Of a DNA stretch of 64,000 bases, positions 1-10,487 are shown piece after piece (within the stretch, counting starts at the first letter, position 1; each line of letters starts with the position of its first letter). The notes beneath the pieces were generated by a model that was not told the origin of the DNA, ran no database searches, and saw only the letters and a program-made list of their open reading frames with translations. Both the position numbers and the translations under genes were made by a program. The stretch covers positions 60,242 through 124,241 of the IMG/VR virus record IMGVR_UViG_3300028048_000081, one strand, 5' to 3'. The DNA is from a virus (taxonomy: Duplodnaviria > Caudoviricetes).

Positions 1-210
1 GATGATGCAATATTCAGAAGTACTTACGGGAACTATTTTAAAGTAGGGGGAATGATACAGAAGGATGTAAAGATCATAAGTTTAAAGAGTATTCCTGAAA
101 ATAATGATATATTGCTTTCTACATCAGATGAAAGTTTTAAACACGGAAAAGTTGGAAAATATATAAAGGATATGTTCAGCGATAAATGTAGATATGAGGA
201 GGGTATTTAA
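1..210 (+). CDS. 3' end of a hypothetical protein (truncated by window start)
   Basis: Frame 1 is open from base 1 to TAA at 208-210, overlapping the next ATG (TAATG). Confidence 0.6.
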   Translation, partial: DDAIFRSTYGNYFKVGGMIQKDVKIISLKSIPENNDILLSTSDESFKHGKVGKYIKDMFSDKCRYEEGI

Positions 211-584
211 TGAAGAAATATATTAAATCATCCAGTGGTTATAATAAAGTAGAAATAATGAGTTCTGAGGATGGCTTGTATACACTTTATGAAGAAGAAG
301 GTGTGGGAAGAAATGATACTCGTTATACAGGCCTTATAGTAGAATCTTTTGGTACTGCATATGATAATGTAATAGAAATAAGACCTATAGCGAAAAATTC
401 TCCAGAATTCAATGGTGGAAAAGTAAAGTACGAATATTCCGGATGTTATATTTCGCATGGTATGAACGGGCATACAGACACATTAGAAGAAACAGAACAG
501 TATATTTCAGATCTTCAATCTGCTGTCAAGTTTGCTAAAAGAATAAACAATTACATTCGAGATGCTTGGACGAGGATATTTTAA
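210..584 (+). CDS. Hypothetical protein with basic leader MKKYIKSS (putative head-packaged protein)
   Basis: GGAGG RBS; leader motif shared with other ORFs in the window. Confidence 0.75.
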   Translation: MKKYIKSSSGYNKVEIMSSEDGLYTLYEEEGVGRNDTRYTGLIVESFGTAYDNVIEIRPIAKNSPEFNGGKVKYEYSGCYISHGMNGHTDTLEETEQYISDLQSAVKFAKRINNYIRDAWTRIF

Positions 585-607
585 TTAATAAGGAGTGTAT
601 GATAATT

Positions 608-907
608 ATGAAAAAGTATGTTAGATCTAGTAGTCAAGATGTACAGGGAATTGTAGACAAGTGCAATGAAAATGTCCCGGAACTGCTTTCTAAATTGATG
701 GATGCGTTATATGGATTACAATCATTACAGGAAGATATGGATCCGGTAAGTGATTATGAAGTGTCAATTCGACATAAGAATGGTCAAGAATATTATTCTG
801 GTCAGAATGAATTTGAAGATTTAGATGCTTGTAAACACAATATAGACGGAGCAGTTGATTCTATAAATGATGCAATTGAATATCTTTCGGACTGGAAGGG
901 CATGTAA
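608..907 (+). CDS. Acidic helical hypothetical protein with leader MKKYVRSS (putative head-packaged protein)
   Basis: Start re-assigned to ATG 608 (AAGGAG upstream; leader matches the previous gene). Confidence 0.75.
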   Translation: MKKYVRSSSQDVQGIVDKCNENVPELLSKLMDALYGLQSLQEDMDPVSDYEVSIRHKNGQEYYSGQNEFEDLDACKHNIDGAVDSINDAIEYLSDWKGM

Positions 908-936
908 ATATTAATATACATGTTCATATACATAGG

Positions 937-964
937 AGATGCTACTTATGTAGCATCTTTTTAT
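937..964 (+). terminator. Rho-independent terminator
   Basis: AGATGCTAC-ttat-GTAGCATCT stem-loop followed by a T tract. Confidence 0.8.
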
Positions 965-972
965 TGTGTTTT

Positions 973-984
973 GAACCTTTTATA
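973..984 (+). promoter_or_regulatory. Putative phage late promoter GAACCTTTTATA
   Basis: Motif recurs 7 times upstream of structural/lysis/leader-bearing genes; here it lies just after a terminator. Confidence 0.7.
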
Positions 985-1033
985 TCAATAGATAAAAATA
1001 TACTATTCTAAAACTGTTAGGAGGTACAACAAT

Positions 1034-1864
1034 ATGGCAATTTCCGAAACTGTTGAATTGCTTGGAAAAGGATTATATGATACTATTCCAGATACTTTAA
1101 CTCTAAAAGCTATACCTACAGCGTCTGAGCTTGAGGAAGTAGGTAATGAAGATTTTGATAAAACAATGTTAGAATCTGTATTGCCTCAAGCTGTTGAAGA
1201 GAAGATAGATTTCAGAGATCTTCTTGAAATTGATTTTCAGTGGATATGTAGATGTTTGAGAATTCTAAATTACGGTCCATATCACACTACAAATGTTATT
1301 TTTTGTGATAAGTGTGGAAAATCTTCTTATGGAGAATATGTAGTAAATCTTAAAACAATAGAATGCAAACCTCTTCCAGAAGGATTTGTAAATGATATAG
1401 AAATAAAGAGAGATGAATTCATAGATTTTGATGGAGATATTCATATTAAACTTCCTACCATTCAGCAAGTTCTCAATTCACAGAAAGATAAAGCATTTAT
1501 GAATTCTAAGGGAGAAGTTAATAGAGAATTATCTAGAATATGTTATATGATATCTTCTGTAAAAGGAAAAGATACGTTGACACCTCCAGAAATAAAAATA
1601 TTACTTCAAGACCAAATGTCCTCGGCAGATTTCTTACTGTTAAAGGGCAGAGTAAGAGAATTAACGGATTATGGATTAAGAGCAGGAGGATCTGCTCAAT
1701 GTCCTAAGTGTGGAAATCCAGATGCAGGATTTTTAGCACTTGTAGACGATAGATTTTTTCGTCCGTCCCTGGGAGCTTTACGACAGTGGAAGCTTGATAG
1801 AAGTTCAGGGGAAGATGAAAACACATCAAGAAGTAAGACAGGAACTGTACGAAAACATAGTTGA
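1034..1864 (+). CDS. Tail/baseplate hub assembly chaperone (T4 gp26-like), two CxxC motifs
   Basis: Directly upstream of the tape measure gene; CDKC and CPKC motifs; DFQWICRCLRILNYG resembles gp26-like chaperones. Confidence 0.6.
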   Translation: MAISETVELLGKGLYDTIPDTLTLKAIPTASELEEVGNEDFDKTMLESVLPQAVEEKIDFRDLLEIDFQWICRCLRILNYGPYHTTNVIFCDKCGKSSYGEYVVNLKTIECKPLPEGFVNDIEIKRDEFIDFDGDIHIKLPTIQQVLNSQKDKAFMNSKGEVNRELSRICYMISSVKGKDTLTPPEIKILLQDQMSSADFLLLKGRVRELTDYGLRAGGSAQCPKCGNPDAGFLALVDDRFFRPSLGALRQWKLDRSSGEDENTSRSKTGTVRKHS

Positions 1865-2030
1865 TGAGATATTATTCATATCTAGAGCTTCAGAAGGTGC
1901 TGTTTCTCCGGAATGGATAATGAATCAACCTATACTCATAAGAAAGAAATATGTTGATACTTTTACGAAGGAATTGAAGGAAAGAGAGAAAAAAGCAAAT
2001 ATAAATAGTTCGAAAAATAAGGTGAAATAA
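1794..2030 (+). CDS. Small tail assembly chaperone (gpT-like); own ATG at 1815 or produced by frameshift
   Basis: Overlaps the upstream chaperone and abuts the tape measure gene; EWIMNQP..IRKKY motif typical of pre-TMP chaperones. Confidence 0.55.
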   Translation: MIEVQGKMKTHQEVRQELYENIVDEILFISRASEGAVSPEWIMNQPILIRKKYVDTFTKELKEREKKANINSSKNKVK

Positions 2031-5000
2031 TGGCGGATGGTAATGGATCAAAATTTGATATAGACGGAGCAAAGCAGGCCAAGTTTTTAGATACAAGTAA
2101 TAATCAGCCTGTAAATAAGTCAATTGAAACAAACATTCTGTCTGAATTGCGTAAAATGAATGAGCAGATATCTGCGCTTAATGGTAACATGCGTGGGATG
2201 TCACAGACGAATGCTCAGAATACTGTCTTTGGAAATACTCAAACACAATTTAGAGATGATTACAGTAGCCGATTTGGTCAAAACAATAGTGGATCGGATT
2301 ATGTAAATACTAGATCCGGAGAAAATGTAAAACGTCCTGAAGGTAAGAAGCGTGGGATGGACGATTCATTACAAGAAACACTCTTCAAGGACTTTTTAGG
2401 GGATTCTTTCAAGAAATCTTTCCAAAGTAATCTTTCGGATAAAGCTGCAGATATGTTCAAGGGTATAAAGGGAAAGGATATATCTGGAGTATTCAAAGAT
2501 AATCTCAGTAAACAATCTGCAGATTGGTTCAAGGGAACCGATATGGGCAAATCGTTGTTAGGCCCATTAAATAATCTTGGTGATGTTGCAGGAAAATCTG
2601 CTGGAGAGATTGTTTCCGCTTTTGGTAGTGGAGGACTCAAAGGTGCAGCATCTGCAGCAGAGGCAGCAATAGGACCACTAAGTACTGCTGCAGGTAGTGC
2701 TGCAACAGCAATAGGTTCCGCAGCAGTAGCAGCAGCGCCTGCGGCAGCAGCATTGTTAGCTCTTGATTATGCAACTGAAGTTCTCGGTCATTCATTTAAA
2801 CTGGCATCTGATGCATTTAGCAGATTAGGAGAGGGAATAAGTAATTCTGCTAATAGAGAAGAAAAATCCAGCAAACGAAATAGAGAAGAAGCACAGAAAC
2901 GTCTTGTAGCAGATGTTGAAACTTTAATAAAGAAACCTTTTGAGATATTAGAAGAATCTGCTCAAAGAGTATATGATGCTTGGGACAGTAATATCAGGTT
3001 AATAAATCAGACCCAAGGTTATACTAAATCGGATCTTCAGTTACTGATGGGAGGATTTGCAGAAAGGGCAAGATCTGAAGGTTTATCTAAATATGTTAAT
3101 GCTGCAGATATTACTCAAAATCTAGCAAAAGTTTTACAATCTGGATTATCTGGAAAGGTTGCAGAAGAGTTTGCTTATCAAGCAACAATATTAAATGCTG
3201 CAATTCCATTCCAAGATTTCTTCTCATTTGCGGATACATATGCTTCAGTTGCTGCAAATCTTATTAAGAATGGAGCAAGCCAAGATGAAGCAATCGCAGC
3301 AGCAACATCTAATTTAAGAACATTTGCAAGCACTGTATTATCAGCAAGTAGAGAGTTATCAGGTGGGTTCTCAACAGGCCTGAAAGATGCTCAAGGAATA
3401 TATGAAAAAGCAGTAAAGATTGCAAATGCAGCAAGAATAAGTAATCCTTCTCAGATAGCAGGAGTACTAACATCTGCTGCAGCAGCAACAGGAGCAATAG
3501 CACCTGATTTAGTTTCTACTATAACAGATACAATATATCAAGTTGCAACAGGAGGAAATACAGATCAAGTAGTTGCTCTTAGATCTCTTTATGGGGCAGC
3601 AGAAAATACAGAATTCTTAAGGCAGTTTGCAAATGATCCTCAAGGTGTAATGAGGACGATATTTACTAATCTTGCAGGAATGTTTAATTCCAGTTCTGGT
3701 GTTTATATGACAGCAGCAGGACCGTATGCAGAATTATTTGGAATGTCTTCCGAAGCATTTCAGAGATTAGATTTCAAATATCTTGCAGATGCAATAGGTT
3801 CCATGTCAGTAAATAATGAAGCGATAAATGAAAACATGGAACTTCTTAAATCTGGTCAATCTACTTTAACTAAAGAGCAGTTAAGAGCAGAGCAGATAAA
3901 CACATATATGATTGAAGAAGGCCTTGCATATGTTTTGGATAGTGAAGCGGGTCGAGAAATTCAAAGGCATATGTGGGATGAACAGATTGCTCGTGAGCAG
4001 ATGGAAGCAACATACGGAGTAGAATTAACAGGCGCTGGACTTGATTTCTTGCAAGGAATAAGTCAAGCAGTTAAAAATATACTTGATTTAATAAATCCAT
4101 TTGGGTGGATAAAGAAAATCGCTCAGGTAACACATACAATAAATGAAGCAAGTGGTTTAGAAAAAGATATACAACAAGTATTAGAGATTACAAAAGTAGG
4201 CGGAGGAAATTCTAGGATACTGAGTAATTTAGTTACAAGAAATGCTGATCTTGGATTGACGCCTACTCTTGTAGAACTACTTGGAGGAACATCTGCTTAT
4301 GCACAAGCATCTGCAAATAGAAAGCAGATGGTAGCAGCGATGAACTTTTTACAGATGCCATTGTCTGCTCTGTTTTCTAGTAAGGAAGGCGGAGTTATAG
4401 GAAAAGAATCTGGAGGGGTTGCATCCTTTGGGAGTTCCGGAAGTTTGAATTCCATGTATAATTGGGGAACACTTGGAAAGTCTGCTGCAGCAGCAGTAGG
4501 TTCTGTACTTTCTGGTGGAAGTTCTGGAAATCTTCTTCCTGGTATAGCAAGGACAAGCGGTTCAAAATCTGCTGCAGATGCTATGGCTGGAAAGATAGAA
4601 AAGATGCTAGCAGATGAATATCTTGTAGATAAATTTGTTAAACAAGGAAAGAGTTATGAAGAATTTGCAGCATCTGCAAAACAATTTGGGATATCAGATT
4701 TCAATAAAGCGTTAGAAGAAGCAGGATATAATAGGGGAGAAGTTGAAGGATATTTTCAGAGTCAAGAAACAAAACAGGGCGGGCAGATGTATGAAGATAT
4801 TCGTCAAGATGAAAAAGATTTTAGAGATGCAGGTAGAAAATTCTGGAGAGAGGATTTTTGGACAGTATATCAAGAGCCATTCTTTCAAGAATTAACTACT
4901 ATTGAAGAAAATTATTTACAGAAAATAATAGATAATCAAATAGATTGGAAAGAATACTTTGGTGAGTCCTGGAACAATGATTTTGTAAAGGGCTGGATGG

Positions 5001-5350
5001 ATACAAGATGGGACAAGCAATTCTGGAAACAGTTTAATGACTACTTCTTTGAACATAAGATATACAACGGAGGAACTCTTAAGTTATCAAAACTTGAGAA
5101 GGTTCAAGAAAAGGAGAAAGCAGAAAAGGGAGATTTAGCAAATGCACTTGCTGAATACTTAACAAGGAATAATCAGAATCTTGAGGATCTTAAAGATCCG
5201 ACGATACAGACAAACATGCTGCTATCTCAGATACTCGTAGTTGCAAATGCAATAATGAATCAAACAGCAAGATCAGAAGGAACATTATCCTTAGCAGATT
5301 CATTAGCTGCTGCAGCAGTAGGTCTTACAGGCGGGAATAATAAAGAATAA
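2030..5350 (+). CDS. Tail tape measure protein
   Basis: 1106 aa, Ala/Gly-rich and helical with a hydrophobic Ala stretch; follows the chaperones and precedes baseplate genes. Confidence 0.75.
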   Translation: MADGNGSKFDIDGAKQAKFLDTSNNQPVNKSIETNILSELRKMNEQISALNGNMRGMSQTNAQNTVFGNTQTQFRDDYSSRFGQNNSGSDYVNTRSGENVKRPEGKKRGMDDSLQETLFKDFLGDSFKKSFQSNLSDKAADMFKGIKGKDISGVFKDNLSKQSADWFKGTDMGKSLLGPLNNLGDVAGKSAGEIVSAFGSGGLKGAASAAEAAIGPLSTAAGSAATAIGSAAVAAAPAAAALLALDYATEVLGHSFKLASDAFSRLGEGISNSANREEKSSKRNREEAQKRLVADVETLIKKPFEILEESAQRVYDAWDSNIRLINQTQGYTKSDLQLLMGGFAERARSEGLSKYVNAADITQNLAKVLQSGLSGKVAEEFAYQATILNAAIPFQDFFSFADTYASVAANLIKNGASQDEAIAAATSNLRTFASTVLSASRELSGGFSTGLKDAQGIYEKAVKIANAARISNPSQIAGVLTSAAAATGAIAPDLVSTITDTIYQVATGGNTDQVVALRSLYGAAENTEFLRQFANDPQGVMRTIFTNLAGMFNSSSGVYMTAAGPYAELFGMSSEAFQRLDFKYLADAIGSMSVNNEAINENMELLKSGQSTLTKEQLRAEQINTYMIEEGLAYVLDSEAGREIQRHMWDEQIAREQMEATYGVELTGAGLDFLQGISQAVKNILDLINPFGWIKKIAQVTHTINEASGLEKDIQQVLEITKVGGGNSRILSNLVTRNADLGLTPTLVELLGGTSAYAQASANRKQMVAAMNFLQMPLSALFSSKEGGVIGKESGGVASFGSSGSLNSMYNWGTLGKSAAAAVGSVLSGGSSGNLLPGIARTSGSKSAADAMAGKIEKMLADEYLVDKFVKQGKSYEEFAASAKQFGISDFNKALEEAGYNRGEVEGYFQSQETKQGGQMYEDIRQDEKDFRDAGRKFWREDFWTVYQEPFFQELTTIEENYLQKIIDNQIDWKEYFGESWNNDFVKGWMDTRWDKQFWKQFNDYFFEHKIYNGGTLKLSKLEKVQEKEKAEKGDLANALAEYLTRNNQNLEDLKDPTIQTNMLLSQILVVANAIMNQTARSEGTLSLADSLAAAAVGLTGGNNKE

Positions 5351-5367
5351 TATATTGGAGGTATAAT

Positions 5368-8300
5368 ATGAATCTAGTGAAATTCCCTGTAGCAAGTACA
5401 AACATATTTCCTATAGCAAATTCAAAATCCGGGGGTCAACTTTTAACGGAATTCAATTTAAGATCTCGTGAAAGTGTTCAAACGCCAGAGGAAGTTAAAT
5501 ATACTATAGGGCCATCTTATACTCATGGTAAGAATGATTTTAAGATAAGTAAAGAGACTGATACATTAGGAAATGAAATAAGTAATCAAAGATTACAGAT
5601 ATCCGAAGGAAAAGCACTTGTAAATGGTCATTACATAGAATCTCTTGTACCAGTTATAGTAGATATGCCAGAAGAGAATGCATATCTCAGGAAAAATAAT
5701 CAAAACATATTGTCTGGAAATTTAGTAGTGGGACTTCGAGTTATGTACAGTACAGAGTCCACTACATCTGGAACAATAAAAGTTGAAAATGAAGAAGGAC
5801 TTTATGAAGGTATTCAGGTTGTTATACTTCCAGAAGATGAATTTAAACTTCCAAAGGATTCTCCTACAGACCCAAATAAAGTGACAGCACATTTGAAATT
5901 AGGAACATTCACATATAGGAATGGGAAGATCTCCAATATAGTGCAAAATGACAACAAAATATGTTCTATATCTGCAGATAGGTTAGATAATTCTGATGAG
6001 TATCTTTCGGAAACATATGTATCAAAAACTGGGTTGAACACAAAGTATCATTATGTATTCGGAGGAGAGCAAGAAAATTGGTGCAGAGCAGATGATTCGT
6101 TGATGATATGGGATAGAAAGTTAGATCTCAAATCTATCGATGAAGGAACGGATAGACCTTCTCCTGAAAGTTATTTTAGATACAATCCTGAAACAGGAAA
6201 GACAGAATTAGTATTGGCACATAAACAGCCCGACAACATGAAAGATACTAAGGGATCTTTACAATACTATCCTGATAAACTTATGACGATTCCTAGTGCA
6301 AATTACAACAATGGAAAAGGCGGAGTTGTAGATAAGAGTTATACTAATAACATAAAGAATATAGCAAACACCATAAATAGATTATATATTCTTCCAACAG
6401 GGAAGATGAAACTCTATATAGAATCTCTTACAGATAAAGCAGATCAGTTACCAAACATATCAAAGAATATCGGATGGAAACCTGGAGATTACATTGTTGT
6501 TGGACAAGATTATGTATATGGAGAAGAAGGAGGAACAGAAGGAAATATACCATCTACTCTATACATGATCCTTCCTGGGAAAATAACAAGTTTACGGTTT
6601 GCAGGAGAAACTGTTCAGCCATTAGATATATATGATAATGGTATGAGTTGGGAGATGTTCATAAATACTGTTGTTAAAAGTGTTCCTTGGAATGATATTG
6701 TTTCGAGTGCTCTTGTACAAGAAGATTCTCCTGAAAGTATAGACTGGGATGCTGCTATAGATAGTGCATTGAATACAAAGGGTCTTCTTGCAGAAATGAA
6801 TTGGGATGAAATATGCGAGCAAGCTATACAGGATAGTCAGTCTACAGATATTTCCTGGGATCAAGTAATAGAAGATGCTTGGTCAAATGCAAAAACAGAT
6901 TATTCAAATAAGTTAGCTGAAGATCAATCAAAAATAGATTCCAAGTTAACAACATATACAAATACACTTGCAGGCTATCAGCAGATATTAGATGATCCGG
7001 ATACACCTCAATCTAAAAAGGATGAAGTTCAAGCACTTGTAAATGCTCTTGAACCCGCTATAGCTTTAGAAAAAGCAAATAAAATTAGAGCAGACATAAC
7101 ACAGCAGATATTTGAATCTGTATACAGTGAAGAAAATGAAGGAACATTTCCAGTAGCAGGTCTTGTAGATAAGTTACAAGAATTAGCAGAAGCAGATGAG
7201 GATTATACAGATTGGTCTGCATTTCTTAGAAACGAAATATCAAAGGGGGTTGCATATTCTGGAGGAATAGATTGGTCCGATGTTATACTTTCTGCTAAGA
7301 ACAAATATGGAAGAAGTATAAATTGGAATGAAGTATTTTTGAATGCTATACAAGCAGAATTAGATGAAAATAATAGATTAGTAGAGGAACAAGTATATGG
7401 TAATATTCCAAAAGAATTAGCAGATGGAGATGGTATTCTATTAGGAGAACAGATACAAGATACATCATTTAACAAAAGAGATTTCTTGGGTGAAAATGGA
7501 ATAAATCAGTTATTTGGAATATCATATGATACTTCTACAGAAGGTTATCCGAGGGGCAGAACAAAAATAATTGATAATGATGGACAACAATATGGACCAG
7601 ATTATTATCGTGTAGAAGTAAGAAATGAAGAAGAAAACAAGATTTATCTTTATTATTATGCAGTTGCAACATCTACTGGATATGAATATTGTGATCCTCC
7701 AATATTATTAACTGGAGGTGTTCCATTAGCAGAAGAAACTGTTGCGGGAGGATTCTATAATGTTCCTGATTCTTCATATGGTGCTGGATATGTTTATAGA
7801 AATGATGAAGGATACCTTCAACTTTTAGATTATGATCTTCTTGCAACAGGAGTTCTTGCATATCAGTTAGGAGAAAACTTTACATGTCCTTCCGGATTAG
7901 CAGCTTCTGAAATTCAAGTAAACTTAGATGAATATGTAAATGATAGAGTAGCATTTCCAAACGATAATCAGAAGTCATATGTTGAAGAGCAGATAAAATC
8001 TGGACTTCAAGGAGAAATGGTTGACTCTTCTGTTATACATGTATATGTGAATCTAAGTATTGAAGATGAACCATATGAAATAAATATTAAGAATATAGAT
8101 AGTAGATTTAGTTCTTCTGTATATCTTCACCTTTCAGGAGAAGCAACACAAGATTGTGTAGTAAACATCTTGAATTGCCAAAGAATAAGATTAGATATAA
8201 AGATGAGTTCTTTACCTACTATCAACTTATATGATTCTTGTCTGTATTACGATTCTGGAGTATTGGATAAGATTTCTAATATTTCCGGATTAACATTATG

Positions 8301-8910
8301 GTATAAGAGATATAGTTCCGATGATCCGAAATTGATTGTATCAGATATGAGTATAGAATACTTCGGTTCACCAGAATATGTATCTACTGATTCGTATTGG
8401 GATGTAGATTCTCCTAATGATAATCATTATAAGTATGCTCTTAAGGGACTAACATTTGGATCCGATGGAACTATAGTAGGAGCAAAATTGCTTGTAACAG
8501 ATAATATAAGTGATACAGCAGATATAGATGAGGGGACATACTGCTCGTCGTTTGAATTTGAATTTCCACAAGGGGTAGGTTTAGATTATCCTGTAAATAG
8601 AATATCAAAATCAATAAAGGTAACAGGAAGTTTCATAACAGCTTATCCTGCGAAAGACGATAACAACGGATACTATATAAAAGACAACAGTTTCTCAGCA
8701 TTAACATATGGATATACTAATTCTTACATAGATATAAATAACGTATCAGATCAGAAACTTAAAGGAGTAATATCCTTCAGAACGATGGTATCTTATGTAA
8801 CAAATATATATGGTTTTGGATCAGGTCAAGATGGATATGAAAGTGGAACATCTTTAGATCCTTGGGAGCCTGGTAAGTACCATGTATTTGAAGGAGGGAC
8901 TATTGATTGA
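5368..8910 (+). CDS. Large virion structural protein (tail/baseplate), with internal Trp-repeat helical insert
   Basis: 1180 aa; position; beta-rich ends (ISEGKALVNGHYIE); repeated xW[DNS]x[VI]I motifs. Confidence 0.55.
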   Translation: MNLVKFPVASTNIFPIANSKSGGQLLTEFNLRSRESVQTPEEVKYTIGPSYTHGKNDFKISKETDTLGNEISNQRLQISEGKALVNGHYIESLVPVIVDMPEENAYLRKNNQNILSGNLVVGLRVMYSTESTTSGTIKVENEEGLYEGIQVVILPEDEFKLPKDSPTDPNKVTAHLKLGTFTYRNGKISNIVQNDNKICSISADRLDNSDEYLSETYVSKTGLNTKYHYVFGGEQENWCRADDSLMIWDRKLDLKSIDEGTDRPSPESYFRYNPETGKTELVLAHKQPDNMKDTKGSLQYYPDKLMTIPSANYNNGKGGVVDKSYTNNIKNIANTINRLYILPTGKMKLYIESLTDKADQLPNISKNIGWKPGDYIVVGQDYVYGEEGGTEGNIPSTLYMILPGKITSLRFAGETVQPLDIYDNGMSWEMFINTVVKSVPWNDIVSSALVQEDSPESIDWDAAIDSALNTKGLLAEMNWDEICEQAIQDSQSTDISWDQVIEDAWSNAKTDYSNKLAEDQSKIDSKLTTYTNTLAGYQQILDDPDTPQSKKDEVQALVNALEPAIALEKANKIRADITQQIFESVYSEENEGTFPVAGLVDKLQELAEADEDYTDWSAFLRNEISKGVAYSGGIDWSDVILSAKNKYGRSINWNEVFLNAIQAELDENNRLVEEQVYGNIPKELADGDGILLGEQIQDTSFNKRDFLGENGINQLFGISYDTSTEGYPRGRTKIIDNDGQQYGPDYYRVEVRNEEENKIYLYYYAVATSTGYEYCDPPILLTGGVPLAEETVAGGFYNVPDSSYGAGYVYRNDEGYLQLLDYDLLATGVLAYQLGENFTCPSGLAASEIQVNLDEYVNDRVAFPNDNQKSYVEEQIKSGLQGEMVDSSVIHVYVNLSIEDEPYEINIKNIDSRFSSSVYLHLSGEATQDCVVNILNCQRIRLDIKMSSLPTINLYDSCLYYDSGVLDKISNISGLTLWYKRYSSDDPKLIVSDMSIEYFGSPEYVSTDSYWDVDSPNDNHYKYALKGLTFGSDGTIVGAKLLVTDNISDTADIDEGTYCSSFEFEFPQGVGLDYPVNRISKSIKVTGSFITAYPAKDDNNGYYIKDNSFSALTYGYTNSYIDINNVSDQKLKGVISFRTMVSYVTNIYGFGSGQDGYESGTSLDPWEPGKYHVFEGGTID

Positions 8911-9479
8911 TGTTTACTCATGATATAATAAAGTTAAGGTACTCAATAGAAGGTTATCTTCCAAATTATCCTCCTCATCTTATATCCGATGAAGAGATGT
9001 TCGAAGCCTTCATTCCTTTGGGCTACTTTGATTTTGAACCTGGAAAAGATGTTACTATGGATCAGATAATGTGGAATCAATTTTGTTCAGATGATAATCC
9101 ACACTATTTTATGGATAACTACCCGATGATAGCAGATAATCTTTTAGCTCAGTATAAACAACTAGTATCCGATATAATATACCACATAAAGATGTTCCTC
9201 CTTGATTCGAGTTATTCTGTGCCTAGCTGGGTGTATTCTTACATGTTACATTCCGCTATAGGTCCTACATCAAATAAAGAGGATATACATGATTTATTAG
9301 TTGCATTGATGTGCGATAATATAGATGATGAATATGATGAAAAGGCTTGCAATGCTTGTTATAATATATCGTGTAAATATATAGGTGGATTAGCAAAATC
9401 TGCTAGAGCATACAGACCTGCAACAATGTTTGGAGAACCTCATGTGGAAAAGTATTTGAGGATGAGGGATAAGATATGA
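8910..9479 (+). CDS. Hypothetical protein in the tail operon
   Basis: Coupled ORF with AAGGAGG RBS. Confidence 0.7.
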   Translation: MFTHDIIKLRYSIEGYLPNYPPHLISDEEMFEAFIPLGYFDFEPGKDVTMDQIMWNQFCSDDNPHYFMDNYPMIADNLLAQYKQLVSDIIYHIKMFLLDSSYSVPSWVYSYMLHSAIGPTSNKEDIHDLLVALMCDNIDDEYDEKACNACYNISCKYIGGLAKSARAYRPATMFGEPHVEKYLRMRDKI

Positions 9480-10483
9480 AATATCTAAAAATATCAAAAG
9501 ATACAACATTGAAACGACTTACAGATCAGTTAGGATATCGTAATGTTGATAGTGTATTAGGCGTAAATGGATTAACTAGAAATCCTTATGTAGGAAAAGA
9601 ATATGATAGGTTATGCAAAAGAATAACAAAAGAATCTTCATCAGTTGATTGGAAAACTAAAAAATCTGTTCTTAATACACTTACAGATAATTCTGACATA
9701 TTTGAAACTGCAAGTTTGTTAGGAGAATCTGGTTGGAAGTTATTAGGTTCGGAATTACAGTTGTTACCTGGATACATAAAGATTCCAGATAATGTACAAC
9801 TTCCAAATAGTATAGATATGTTGGGAGATGGAGTTGGAGTTAATCGTGATATATTTTTGAAGGTCATGGCTGGGCTAGAGGGAACTTATCATGAGATAGA
9901 TCCAAGTATATTTTCATCTGTGAACGGCAGTCCCATGTCTATACTTAGAGATAGTACAAGATCTAGTTCTGTCGGAGCGATGAAAGCATTTAAGATACCT
10001 TGGGGAGAGGTATCTCTATATTCCTCGCTTGCAGATGATTATGTAGATTTTCCATGCTATCCAGAAAATGTATCTGATATAATCAGGGCAAATTATACAC
10101 AGATGCCAGATATGTTATATCAGTATGAACCTTGGATGATGTATAGCAATTCCGGTCCTAGATCAAACACATATACATTTGATATACATAGAGATATGTG
10201 GGACGATCATACAAATGGAAAAGCAAATCAGCTTGTACGATTCTGTGAAGCAAATTGTTATCCTGAATATAATGGGGCATCAGTACATTCTGCAATAGTT
10301 ACATTGTATATAGGTGGATCTGCAATAATACGAGGAATATTAACAGAAGTTAGTACAGATTGGGATGGACCATTAGGGCACGATAAATTTTATCTTCATT
10401 TCAAGATATCATTAACAATACAGGAGATTTCGAGTTCTCCTTTGAGTTATGATACTATGAGAGCTAAACCGTTGATAGGGTGA
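9476..10483 (+). CDS. Tail tube initiator / baseplate-tube junction protein (gp48/gp54/CIS-tube-like)
   Basis: C-terminal YSNSGPRSNTYTF...YPEY...VTLYIG...RGILTEVSTDW...ISLTIQE is a tube-fold signature; precedes the gp53-like gene. Confidence 0.6.
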   Translation: MKYLKISKDTTLKRLTDQLGYRNVDSVLGVNGLTRNPYVGKEYDRLCKRITKESSSVDWKTKKSVLNTLTDNSDIFETASLLGESGWKLLGSELQLLPGYIKIPDNVQLPNSIDMLGDGVGVNRDIFLKVMAGLEGTYHEIDPSIFSSVNGSPMSILRDSTRSSSVGAMKAFKIPWGEVSLYSSLADDYVDFPCYPENVSDIIRANYTQMPDMLYQYEPWMMYSNSGPRSNTYTFDIHRDMWDDHTNGKANQLVRFCEANCYPEYNGASVHSAIVTLYIGGSAIIRGILTEVSTDWDGPLGHDKFYLHFKISLTIQEISSSPLSYDTMRAKPLIG

Positions 10484-10487
10484 TAAT

